Shown: positions 27,770-36,616 of the stretch, one piece after another | Layout of the letters: every line of letters starts with the position of its first letter | How positions within the stretch are numbered: position 1 is the stretch's first letter | Assembly (NCBI GenBank): GCA_017409465.1 | Contig: JAFQSQ010000037.1 | Coordinates: forward strand, 9-64,008 | Direction of reading: 5' to 3' | From: Akkermansia sp. | Lineage (GTDB): Bacteria; Verrucomicrobiota; Verrucomicrobiia; Verrucomicrobiales; Akkermansiaceae | Length of the DNA: 64,000 nucleotides | Program-made: the position numbers and the translations under genes | Notes under the pieces: model-generated | What the model saw: only the letters and a program-made list of their open reading frames with translations | Databases searched by the model: none | Told to the model about the DNA's origin: nothing

Positions 27770-30658
27770 ATGAACCACGCACCTCTCATTAACTCCAAAC
27801 GTTTGTTGGCATTGATGGCAGTTGCTGCGTCCTGTCCCTTCGTGCAGGCCAGTACCGTTGGCTATCTGAGAACAACATCGGCGGTTGCTCCTTCCACCGC
27901 GCAGCCCGCTGTGCAGCAGAATGTGCAGCCTGTGGCTCCCGCTCCGGCTGCCATGCCTGAGCAGGGGTATCTGACTACGGCTACGGCTGCCGGTACCAGC
28001 GAGGTGGGACCCACCGCCGTGTATGCCGGTACTCAGGACAGCATCAACAGCCGCGAGGCTGCCCGCCGTCGCGCCCAGATGGCTGAGGCCATGCAGCTCT
28101 TGCAGGATGGCCGTACCGCCTATGCCGAAAAGAAGTACCAGGAATCCCTCGAGAAGTATCAGGAGGCCTGGAAGAAGCTTCCCAAGGCTCCTGCCACTCA
28201 GAAACTTCAGGAATTCCTCGTTGCCAGTATCGGTGATGCCTCCATCGCCGTGGCTATCGAGTGCTCCCGAGTCGGTCGCTACGATGATGCCGAGCAGCTT
28301 CTGCTCGAAGTGCTCAGCCGCGATCCCAACAACAAGCGTGCCCGTAAGGAGCTCTCTCTCCTTCGTGACCCCGTTCGCAACAATCCTGCTCTGACTCCTG
28401 AGCACGTCAAGAATGTGGAAGAGGTGCAGCGCCTTCTCAACCTGGGCTACGGCCAGCTCGACCTGGGCAAGTATGACCAGGCCTACGAGACCTTCAATTC
28501 CGTTCTCCGTATTGACCCGTACAACAGCGCCGCCCGTCGTGGTCAGGAAGCTGTTTCCCGTCGTCGTTCCTCCTACTATCGCTCTGCTTACAACTCCTAT
28601 CGCGCCAGAGCTCTGGCTGAGGTAGATGCCCTGTGGCAGGAAGAGCTTCCCACCGACCTGCCCGAGATTACGCTCGGCGGTTCCATATCGGCTCCGGTGT
28701 CGGAAGGCGTGATTCGCAACACGGAGGCTCTGAATAATCTCAAGATTGCCCGTGCCAGCTTCGAGGAGACTCCCATTGAGGATGCGCTCGACTTCCTCCG
28801 TGCTGAAGCTCGCAAGTCCGGTATGCAGATTAACTTCATCTTCGAGAAGCCCGTTCAGCCTGCTGCTCCCGTGGCCGCCGCTGATACTTCTTCCTCTGAT
28901 GATGAGGAGGACTACGAAGAAGAAGAGGAGGAGGAGGAAGAGGAGGCTGCTCCTGTGGCTGTGGTGGAGACCCTGCCCCCGGCCGTTATCTCCAAGCTTG
29001 AGCTGGAGAATCTGACCGCAGCAGAACTTCTCAAGCGTATCTGCGACGCTACCGCCTGTGCTTTCCGCGTCGAGGAGAACGCTATCGCGGTGTACCAGAA
29101 GGCTGCTACCAATTATCGTATGGTGCGTCGTTCCTGGCCCGTGCGTCCTTCCTTCCTTAACAGCAACTCCGACGAAGAGGAGAGCGATGAGGAGGAAGAC
29201 GAATGGGGCGGCGGCGGCGGCGGCAGCAGCAAGCTGAGAATCGACCCGGTGGCTGCTCTCAAGGCCATGGGTGTGAACTTCCCCAAGGGTGCTACTGCTA
29301 CCTACTCCCGCGCGACCGGTCAGCTGACGGTCTACAACACCGAGGATGAACTCGATGCTGTGGAGGAAGCCATCAACATCTTCCGTCAGGATATGCCCAA
29401 GATGGTGAAGGTCAGCGCCAAGTTTGTGGAGATTTCTCAGCAGAATGATGAAGAACTCAGCTTCGACTGGGTCATCAATCCCTTCTCCATCAACGATGCC
29501 GGTTCTGCATTCCTCGGTGGTGTGAGTGGCACCAATGCTACGACCCCGCGTTCTTTCTCCGACTTCGTGAGATCCGGTGGTGCCGCTTTTGCTTCCAACC
29601 ACAACAATGGTGGCTCCTGGCCGATCAGCCCCAGCGGCTCTTTCTCTTCGGCTTCTGATACGATTACTAACGGCCTGATGACGGGTGGTCTGCGCTCCGG
29701 TACGGGTGCTATCAACAGCAGCGCCCTCCAGAACCTCGTGGCTTCCGGTTCGGCCGCAGCAGCTTCCACGGCGAATGTGGCTCCCGGTATCCTCTCCCTG
29801 TCCGGTATCTATGATTCCGGTTCCTTCCAGGGTATCATGCGCGGTCTCTCCCAGAAGAAGGGTGTTGACATCATGTCTGCCCCCAGCCTCGTCATCAACC
29901 CCAACTCTGAGATCGAGTTTACTCCGTCTCCCTTGTCCGACTCCGGTTTCACTGCCTTCAGCAATGATGATGAGACCGGTTGTGCCAAGATTGAGGTGGT
30001 GCGTCGCTTCATCTATCCGATCGCTTACGACGAGCCCCAGATTACCAGCACCAGCAACAATAACAATAATAATAACAACAACAGCATGTCCATGCCGGTG
30101 GCAGCTCCGGCTAACCCCTCCGAATGGGGCGTGGAAGAAGTTGGTATTATGATGCGCTTCATGGTTGAACCCATCGACAAAGGTGATGACCCCGTCGTAC
30201 AGTTCAAGCGCTTCGAGATTCGCGTTGTTGACTTCGAGGGTTTCGTGAACTACGGTTCGCCCATCACTGCCGGTGTGGCTAACGATACCGAAATCGAGCA
30301 TATCACCCTCACGGAAAACCGTATCGATATGCCCATCTTCAGCCGCCGTTACATCAACTCCAATCCCTGCGTGTATGATGGTCACACCATCGCCATCGGT
30401 GGTTTGATTGAGGACGAGGTGCAGAAGGTTGAGGACAAGGTGCCCGTATTCGGTGACCTGCCTCTGATAGGTCGCTTCTTCCGCAGCAATGCTGAGTCTC
30501 ACATCCGTAAGAATCTCATGATCTTCGTGACGGCAGACATCATCGATCCCTTCGGCAAGCCGCTGCGTCAGCGCCAGACCGGTCGTGGTGAAGAGGCTGC
30601 CGCTTCTGCCGGCGCTCTGCCCGGCCTGTTCCCGGATGACGGTGTGGCTAACCCCTGA
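27770..30658 (+). CDS. PilQ/GspD-family secretin with N-terminal TPRs (Amuc_1098-like)
   Basis: Signal peptide, TPR helices, MVKVSAKFVE, SAPSL, DGHTIAIGGL, KVPVFGDLPLIGRFFRS, NLMIFVTADII. Confidence 0.92.
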   Translation: MNHAPLINSKRLLALMAVAASCPFVQASTVGYLRTTSAVAPSTAQPAVQQNVQPVAPAPAAMPEQGYLTTATAAGTSEVGPTAVYAGTQDSINSREAARRRAQMAEAMQLLQDGRTAYAEKKYQESLEKYQEAWKKLPKAPATQKLQEFLVASIGDASIAVAIECSRVGRYDDAEQLLLEVLSRDPNNKRARKELSLLRDPVRNNPALTPEHVKNVEEVQRLLNLGYGQLDLGKYDQAYETFNSVLRIDPYNSAARRGQEAVSRRRSSYYRSAYNSYRARALAEVDALWQEELPTDLPEITLGGSISAPVSEGVIRNTEALNNLKIARASFEETPIEDALDFLRAEARKSGMQINFIFEKPVQPAAPVAAADTSSSDDEEDYEEEEEEEEEEAAPVAVVETLPPAVISKLELENLTAAELLKRICDATACAFRVEENAIAVYQKAATNYRMVRRSWPVRPSFLNSNSDEEESDEEEDEWGGGGGGSSKLRIDPVAALKAMGVNFPKGATATYSRATGQLTVYNTEDELDAVEEAINIFRQDMPKMVKVSAKFVEISQQNDEELSFDWVINPFSINDAGSAFLGGVSGTNATTPRSFSDFVRSGGAAFASNHNNGGSWPISPSGSFSSASDTITNGLMTGGLRSGTGAINSSALQNLVASGSAAAASTANVAPGILSLSGIYDSGSFQGIMRGLSQKKGVDIMSAPSLVINPNSEIEFTPSPLSDSGFTAFSNDDETGCAKIEVVRRFIYPIAYDEPQITSTSNNNNNNNNNSMSMPVAAPANPSEWGVEEVGIMMRFMVEPIDKGDDPVVQFKRFEIRVVDFEGFVNYGSPITAGVANDTEIEHITLTENRIDMPIFSRRYINSNPCVYDGHTIAIGGLIEDEVQKVEDKVPVFGDLPLIGRFFRSNAESHIRKNLMIFVTADIIDPFGKPLRQRQTGRGEEAAASAGALPGLFPDDGVANP

Positions 30659-30683
30659 TTCCGAACGGTTCATTGGTAATTTT

Positions 30684-30717
30684 GCCCGCTCTGCCTTACC
30701 GCAGAGCGGGCTTTTTT
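30684..30717 (+). terminator. terminator of the pilus cluster
   Basis: GCCCGCTCTGC-cttacc-GCAGAGCGGGC-TTTTTT. Confidence 0.9.
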
Positions 30718-30823
30718 CATGTTTTTTACCGACGGAAGGCAAAAAAAGTAAAAAAAAGACGAATAAAGCTTGCCATGACGCGTAGGATGTGCTACATTGC
30801 CCCTGCGCCAGTGGCGAAACAAC

Positions 30824-30896
30824 GTCTGGATCGTCTAGAGGCCTAGGACTCGCGCCTTTCACGCGCGCAACACGGGTTCGAATCCCGTTCCAGATG
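30824..30896 (+). tRNA. tRNA-Glu(TTC)
   Basis: GTCTGGA TC GTCTAGAGGCCTAGGAC T CGCGC CTTTCAC GCGCG CAAC ACGGG TTCGAAT CCCGT TCCAGAT G; upstream TTGCCA-17-TACATT. Confidence 0.95.
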
Positions 30897-30901
30897 CTGG
30901 C

Positions 30902-30932
30902 AAGGCCGGTTCCGATTCGGAACCGGCTTTTT
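30902..30932 (+). terminator. terminator of tRNA-Glu
   Basis: GCCGGTTCCG-att-CGGAACCGGC-TTTTT. Confidence 0.85.
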
Positions 30933-30943
30933 GCATCGGGCCG

Positions 30944-32335
30944 ATGAAGAAACAGCGTATGAGTATGGCTTCTCCAGTGAGGTGGATAGATGTGGCAGAG
31001 CTCAAGCGGCTGCTGGTACTGATGATACCACTCTATATCGGCAATCTCATGCACATGGGCATGGGAGTGGTCGATACCATTGTGGCCGGACGAGCCGGTA
31101 CGAGTGAGCTGGCCGGGGTGGCGCTGGGGGTATCAGTCGCGGCTCCGATTACGGTGGCCATCGGGATGGTGCTGACGATAGTCGGCCCCATTATTTCCCG
31201 ATATCGCGGTGCCGGATACGAGTCGAAGGTCGGCCTGCTGTTGAATAATGCGCGTTATGCGGCAGCCATCTTGCTGGTGGTGATGCTTTTAGCCCTGTAT
31301 GGCACCACCTTTGCTTTTGATTATGTGACGGATGATGCCGCTCTGGCTGAGAAAGCCAGGCACTATGTTTGCTACATCATGCTGGGGGCTCCGGCTATTC
31401 TGCTGATGCGGCTGGCGCAGGGCAATTTCGAGGGATACGGGCAGACCCGCCCTGCGATGCTCATCGCGTTCTTTGGGTTATTACTGAATATCCCGCTGGA
31501 TTTTGCACTGGTGTTCGGATGGTGGGGGGTGCCTGCCATGGGCGGGCCCGGTTGCGGGCTGGCCACCGCCATTATTCACTGGATGATGTGCGCCGGGATG
31601 TACGGTATCATGCTGGGTTCGCGGCACCGCACGCGTACGTTGCAGATGTGGAGCCATCGTGCCGTTGAACCGGGCATGGTACGTGCTGTTTTCCGATTGG
31701 GGGTGCCGCTGGGGGTGGCCTCGCTGTGTGAGATGACATTCTTCAGCGCCGTGGTGCTGGTCATCGCGCCGCTGGGTGAGCTGATGGTCAGCGCACAGCA
31801 GGTCGCCATCAACGTCTCAGGCGTTATTTTCATGCTGCCGCTGAGTCTGGGTATCGCCGGTTCTATCCGAGCCTCCTATCATCTGGGGGCTCGTGATTCC
31901 GTACGTTTCGATGCGATGGTGCGTACCCTGCTTGTGCTGGCGTTTTCGCTGGTGCTGGTGTTCATGGTAGCCACGCTGCTGATGCGGCGCGAAATCGTGG
32001 AGCTTTACACTGATTCGCAGCCTGTGGTGGCGACGGCCGGGGTGCTCCTGTTCTACTGTGCCGTCTATCAGATTCCGGATGCTCTGCAGGTTGTGATGAG
32101 CGGCTTGCTGAGAGGCTGCCACGATACGACCGTTATCACCTGGGTAAGTCTGGGCAGCTACTGGCTGGTGGGATTCCCCCTTTCCTGTATTCTGATTCGA
32201 ACGGACTGGCTCGTGCCGGCTATGGGGCCTGCCGGGGCGTGGATCAGCTTCATCATTGCTCTTTCCATCGCTGCCGTCTTTTTTACACTCCGCTTTCTCA
32301 GCACCCGCCGGAGAGTCTTTCAGCGCAGCAAGTGA
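30944..32335 (+). CDS. MATE family efflux transporter (NorM-like)
   Basis: VDTIVAGR, LAGVALG, GGPGCGLAT, LGVP, FMLPLSLGIA, YQIPD..Q...GLLRG; about 12 TMs. Confidence 0.92.
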   Translation: MKKQRMSMASPVRWIDVAELKRLLVLMIPLYIGNLMHMGMGVVDTIVAGRAGTSELAGVALGVSVAAPITVAIGMVLTIVGPIISRYRGAGYESKVGLLLNNARYAAAILLVVMLLALYGTTFAFDYVTDDAALAEKARHYVCYIMLGAPAILLMRLAQGNFEGYGQTRPAMLIAFFGLLLNIPLDFALVFGWWGVPAMGGPGCGLATAIIHWMMCAGMYGIMLGSRHRTRTLQMWSHRAVEPGMVRAVFRLGVPLGVASLCEMTFFSAVVLVIAPLGELMVSAQQVAINVSGVIFMLPLSLGIAGSIRASYHLGARDSVRFDAMVRTLLVLAFSLVLVFMVATLLMRREIVELYTDSQPVVATAGVLLFYCAVYQIPDALQVVMSGLLRGCHDTTVITWVSLGSYWLVGFPLSCILIRTDWLVPAMGPAGAWISFIIALSIAAVFFTLRFLSTRRRVFQRSK

Positions 32336-32361
32336 GCGCTTTCCTCAGCGTCTGCCGGCCA

Positions 32362-33117
32362 TCATCGTGGCGATGCGCCGACCTGCAGCCCGGCTTGGGC
32401 CAGGATATCCTGAATCTGCTGCCGGGGTTTTTCCGGCCAGTGCTTGTTGGCAATGGGGCTGGCAGGGCTGGGGTGAAGAATCGTCCCCAGAGTGAAGCTC
32501 ATATGGGGCAGGGCCGCCGCTGCGAGCTCCATCTGCTTGAGTGCATAGCCGCCCACGCCGATGAGGCAGCGGGGCTGCAGGATTTCAATGATGCGGCAGA
32601 GATGCCTCCGGCAGGCGGCGTCAATCTGTGCCACCTGCTCCCTGGGCAGCTGGGTCGGGGGGATGTTGGCGCCGCTCTCGCTCATCCAGATAAGCGGGCA
32701 GTAGTTGGCGACGTAGGCCTTGCTGAAAAAGGCCTCTGCCGTACCGTACATCTCCTCAAACAGCCCCCAGAGGCGACGGCCGCTTACCTCCGAGCGCGGA
32801 CAGTTGAACCCCTGTATCGGACGCTTCGGGTGGGTCGCTGCCGGACAACCGATTGAGGCTGTGATACCCATCCACAGGGTGACGGCGGCGATTTCACCGA
32901 ATGGTACACCGGTCTGAGCCATCCCGAAGGGGCCGGGATTCATGCCGAGGTAGAGCACGTCCTTCCTGCCATGGCCGAAACGTCGGATGTAGGCTTCGTG
33001 GCCGGCCCAGGCATATTCCAGCGGGTTATAGGTGTAGGCTACCGGGTCGCTGAAGCTCAGGGCGTTCATGTCAGCGCTCAGCTGACGGGCGGCGGAGATA
33101 AGCTCTTCTGTCTGCAT
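32362..33117 (-). CDS. SMUG1-family uracil-DNA glycosylase
   Basis: YNPLEYA, LGMNPGPFGMAQTGVPFG, SEVSGRR, NYCPL, HPSPASP; start at ATG 33117. Confidence 0.92.
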   Translation of the reverse strand: MQTEELISAARQLSADMNALSFSDPVAYTYNPLEYAWAGHEAYIRRFGHGRKDVLYLGMNPGPFGMAQTGVPFGEIAAVTLWMGITASIGCPAATHPKRPIQGFNCPRSEVSGRRLWGLFEEMYGTAEAFFSKAYVANYCPLIWMSESGANIPPTQLPREQVAQIDAACRRHLCRIIEILQPRCLIGVGGYALKQMELAAAALPHMSFTLGTILHPSPASPIANKHWPEKPRQQIQDILAQAGLQVGASPR

Positions 33118-33198
33118 GACAGAAGCATACCATATATCTGTGTGTCTGCCAATCATTATCGGCTTGAAAAATGTGTACGCCTCAGGTAGAATCGCCGC

Positions 33199-33972
33199 GT
33201 GAAAATTATTGCCATTGCCAACCAGAAAGGCGGTGTGGGTAAGACAACCACGGCCGTCAACCTGTCTGCGGCGCTTGCCGCACGGGGTAAGCGCGTGCTG
33301 CTCATTGATATGGATTCGCAGGCGAATGCCAGTTCGATGCTGGGTATCGAAGTGGAAAGCAGCGATGAAAGCCTCTATCCGGCACTGATTGGTAATGCCC
33401 TCATGGAGGATTTGATCATGCCGACCCACCGTCGTAATCTCTCGCTGGTGCCGGCACACATGGATTTGTCCGGTGTGGAGGTGGAGCTGACGGTGAACGG
33501 TACACACCTGACCTGCATGAAGGATGCAATGGAAGGGCTGCGCAAGAGCAATTTCTATGATTACGTGTTCCTGGATACGCCTCCCTCTCTGGGGGTGCTG
33601 ATGACCTCGTCACTCTGTGCCTGCGATGAGGTGCTGACCCCCATGCAGTGCGAGTCGCTCTCGCTGGAGGGTCTCGCCAAGATTCTCTATGTGATGGAGC
33701 AGATTCGCGATAGTGGGGCGAATCCCAATCTGCGCCACGAGGGAGTTATCATGACGATGTTCAGTAATACCAAGCTGGCCAACGAGGTGATTCGCCAGGT
33801 GCGCGAGAATCTGCCTGATAAGATTTATAACGCTGTTATTCCTCGCTCAGTGCGCGTAGCTGAGGCTCCCAGTTTCGGCAAGACCGTCATGGAGCACGAC
33901 CCCTACGGCAGTGCATCGTTGGCTTATCAGAACGCAGCCAAGGAATTCATTGCCCGCCATCGTCAGGGTTAA
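33199..33972 (+). CDS. parA: ParA/Soj family ATPase
   Basis: NQKGGVGKTTT, LIDMDSQANAS, DTPPSLG, PMQCE, IPRSVRVAEAPSFG. Confidence 0.9.
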   Translation: MKIIAIANQKGGVGKTTTAVNLSAALAARGKRVLLIDMDSQANASSMLGIEVESSDESLYPALIGNALMEDLIMPTHRRNLSLVPAHMDLSGVEVELTVNGTHLTCMKDAMEGLRKSNFYDYVFLDTPPSLGVLMTSSLCACDEVLTPMQCESLSLEGLAKILYVMEQIRDSGANPNLRHEGVIMTMFSNTKLANEVIRQVRENLPDKIYNAVIPRSVRVAEAPSFGKTVMEHDPYGSASLAYQNAAKEFIARHRQG

Positions 33973-33993
33973 TTCAGTCTGTACCGGTCAGCC

Positions 33994-34713
33994 ATGCTCA
34001 GCTGGCTCTATCCTGATACCTGCGAATTGTGCGGCGAACGGAGTGACACGACGCTGTGTCCCACGTGTCGGGAGGGGCTGGCTCGGGTGCCGCGTCCTCT
34101 GTGCCTGCACTGTGGGACGCCCACCTGGGGCAAGGCTCACGAGGCTCAGTGCTGTGAGGCCTGTGAGAGTCTGCCTGCCGGAGGGTTTGATTTTGCCCGT
34201 TCCGCGCTTCTGCGCGACGAAAACAATATGTCGCTGATATACGCGTTGAAATACCGGCGTGCCAACCATCTGGCGCGTGCGTTGGCGCCCTTGCTGGCAG
34301 AGCAGTGGAAGCAGACCCCGGAGCTTCGCGCCCACGATGACTGGGTGTTGGTGCCGGTGCCGGTGGAGCGGGGCAGGCTTTTCCGGCGTGGTTATAACCA
34401 GGCTGAGGAGCTGGCACTGGCGCTGCGGCGTATCCTGGGTTTCCGTGTTTGGCAGCCCTTGCATCGATTGCCTACGGCCTATGCCAGTCAGACACGCTTG
34501 TCAGCACGGGCACGGATGATCAATGCCAGGAAGGCGTATACGCTGAAGCGCTCCGTTGAACGCCGCCCGGACAGTGTGTCACCTCACCTGCTGCTGATAG
34601 ACGATGTGTACACAACGGGTGCGACCGTGAGTGCCTGTGCTGCCGTCCTGCGGCGGCTGAACGGAGTAAGCTGCATCGGCGTGCTCACTCTGCTGCGGGC
34701 TGTTCGCGGGTGA
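33994..34713 (+). CDS. comF: ComF family protein (zinc ribbon + phosphoribosyltransferase domain)
   Basis: Four CxxC pairs, LKY, VPVP, RRGYNQA, LIDDVYTTGAT. Confidence 0.88.
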   Translation: MLSWLYPDTCELCGERSDTTLCPTCREGLARVPRPLCLHCGTPTWGKAHEAQCCEACESLPAGGFDFARSALLRDENNMSLIYALKYRRANHLARALAPLLAEQWKQTPELRAHDDWVLVPVPVERGRLFRRGYNQAEELALALRRILGFRVWQPLHRLPTAYASQTRLSARARMINARKAYTLKRSVERRPDSVSPHLLLIDDVYTTGATVSACAAVLRRLNGVSCIGVLTLLRAVRG

Positions 34714-34722
34714 GGGGACAGG

Positions 34723-34845
34723 TCAGCTCTCGCTGGTGTCGCGGCTTTCGTTTCGGTTCTTAATCAGCTTGCGACAGCAAACGATGAAAAGAGTCCAGAC
34801 GAAGCCGATGGAGAGGACCATGGTGATGATACCTGCCAGTGTCAT
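34723..34845 (-). CDS. 40-aa single-TM small protein, MetS-like NSS transporter small subunit
   Basis: MTLAGIITMVLSIGFVWTLFIVCCRKLIKNRNESRDTSES*; ATG overlaps the TGA of the NSS gene (ATGA); below the ORF-track cutoff. Confidence 0.75.
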   Translation of the reverse strand: MTLAGIITMVLSIGFVWTLFIVCCRKLIKNRNESRDTSES

Positions 34846-36569
34846 GATATGGGAAGTCTGTTATCGGGGGTTTTCTTGAATTTCCTGTTGTGGAAGCGGG
34901 TGGAGGTGTGGGCTACCAGGGCGCAGAACAGGGCGAAGATGCCCACCCAGCAGAGCGGTACCACGGCACCTATCTTGCCCTCCAGCACGTTGGAGACCTG
35001 CGGGCTGAGCTCCACAAAGATGTTCTTGTAGAGCCAGGAGCCGAAGACGCATGCCAGAATGGTCGGGGTGACCCAGCGGATGATGAACTTCATGAAGCTC
35101 GGCGGGGTGAACAGGGCCCCGCGTCCCAGCTCGTTGAGGGCGTTATCCGAACGCCACACCACGTTGAAGAGTGTCAGGTACATGAACGAGGTGATGTAGA
35201 GGGAGAGCGTGCCCACCCAGAAGTCCATGGTGTCCAGCGCGATGAGGTTGTCACCGGTGAACCAGGCCACCAGCATGGCTCCCACGCACATGAACAGGGC
35301 GATAATGGTGACGCTCTGCGTGCGGCGCATGCCCCAGAACTCCTCCATGAAAGCCGTGGCCGGCTGCAGCAGGGAGATGGAGCTGGTGATGGCGGCCAGG
35401 AAGAGCAGGAAGAAGAAGAGCGTGCCGAAGAACTGCCCCATCGGCATGGCGGCAAACACCTGCGGCAGTACGTTGAAGCCCAGCCCGAAGGTGCTGGCAC
35501 CGGCAGCGGCTACCACGCCCAGCAGAGAGACGGCGGCGGGCACAATCATCATGCCGGCGATACCCACTTCCACCACCTCGTTGGCGGAGTTTGCCGTAAT
35601 GGAGGCCAGCGCAATGTCCTTGCGGCGGTTCACATAGCTGGCGTAGGTGCAGATGGTGCCGAAGCCCAGAGAGAGTGAGTAGAAAATCTGCCCGGCGGCG
35701 GCAATCCAGAGCTCCGGGTTCATCAGCCCTTCCAGCAGAGAGATGTTTTTCGGGGAAATTTTTTCATCGGGGTACTGAGCCTGCGTGCGTTTGATGAGTT
35801 CTTCTCTCTGTTCCGGGGTGGCAGAGGCGGGAATCATGTTGACGGTTTTGCCGCTTTCCGTGACCAGTTCCACCTTGTTGGGGTTCCACATGTAGCCCAG
35901 ACCCTCGTTCACGTTGCGTTCGGGGTGTGCGGCATCCGGGGTGCCCAGGGTGAGCACGCGGATGAGCACCAGCACGGCGGTGATGAGCAGGATGGGCATG
36001 CTCAGCTTGCAGAACCACTCAATGCCCTTGGAAACACCGCGGTAGATGAGGTAAAAATTGCACAGCAGGGCGATCGCGAAGAAAATCAGCAGCGAGCTCT
36101 CGCCGGAGAAGATGGCACCGTTGCTGCCGGCTCCTACGAAGTTGCCGAAGAAGTTGCCGAATTCCTCGCTCGTGCTCAGGGAGAGGTCACCCACGGCCGT
36201 GTGCCAGGCGTAGCCCAGAGTCCAGCCCTCCAGATACATGTAGTACATGGAGATGGAGAGCGGAGCCACTACACCGACCAGACCCATGTATTTCCACCAG
36301 GGAGAGCGCGAAATGAGCATGAAGATGGAGGCCGTCGTGTGCCCGCCCACGCGTCCGCCTCGGCGGCCGATGGTCCATTCTACCCAGCTGAGCGGGATAC
36401 CCATCAGCAGAAAGGCCGTGAAGTAGGCAATCATGAAGGCGCCGCCGCCGTATTGGGCGGCCAGGCCGGGGAAGCGGAGGAAGTTGCCGAAGCCGATGGC
36501 GCTGCCGGCCACGGCCAGCACGGCTCCGATGTTGGAGTTCCAGGATTCTTTTTTGGTGATTTTGCTCAT
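34842..36569 (-). CDS. sodium-dependent NSS (SNF) family transporter, copy 2
   Basis: AGSAIGFGNFLRFP, GGGAF, EWTIGR, KGIE, AAGQIFYSLSLG, AAITSSIS. Confidence 0.93.
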   Translation of the reverse strand: MSKITKKESWNSNIGAVLAVAGSAIGFGNFLRFPGLAAQYGGGAFMIAYFTAFLLMGIPLSWVEWTIGRRGGRVGGHTTASIFMLISRSPWWKYMGLVGVVAPLSISMYYMYLEGWTLGYAWHTAVGDLSLSTSEEFGNFFGNFVGAGSNGAIFSGESSLLIFFAIALLCNFYLIYRGVSKGIEWFCKLSMPILLITAVLVLIRVLTLGTPDAAHPERNVNEGLGYMWNPNKVELVTESGKTVNMIPASATPEQREELIKRTQAQYPDEKISPKNISLLEGLMNPELWIAAAGQIFYSLSLGFGTICTYASYVNRRKDIALASITANSANEVVEVGIAGMMIVPAAVSLLGVVAAAGASTFGLGFNVLPQVFAAMPMGQFFGTLFFFLLFLAAITSSISLLQPATAFMEEFWGMRRTQSVTIIALFMCVGAMLVAWFTGDNLIALDTMDFWVGTLSLYITSFMYLTLFNVVWRSDNALNELGRGALFTPPSFMKFIIRWVTPTILACVFGSWLYKNIFVELSPQVSNVLEGKIGAVVPLCWVGIFALFCALVAHTSTRFHNRKFKKTPDNRLPIS

Positions 36570-36616
36570 CAGAGTCGGTCTATCTTACTCAACAGCTTAC
36601 GGGCTGTCAAGGTTAA

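Noticed and set aside
30824..30932. tRNA-Glu (and tRNA-Val/Tyr) as an island integration site
   Set aside because: No integrase, no duplicated tRNA 3' end seen, and flanking genes have host-like composition
27686..31054. 1122-aa minus-strand ORF
   Set aside because: Antisense shadow of the secretin gene; it also crosses tRNA-Glu and has no motifs. Expected from strong codon bias in GC-rich DNA.
32362..33507. 381-aa version of the SMUG1 ORF
   Set aside because: The extension overlaps parA on the opposite strand; homology-like sequence starts at ATG 33117
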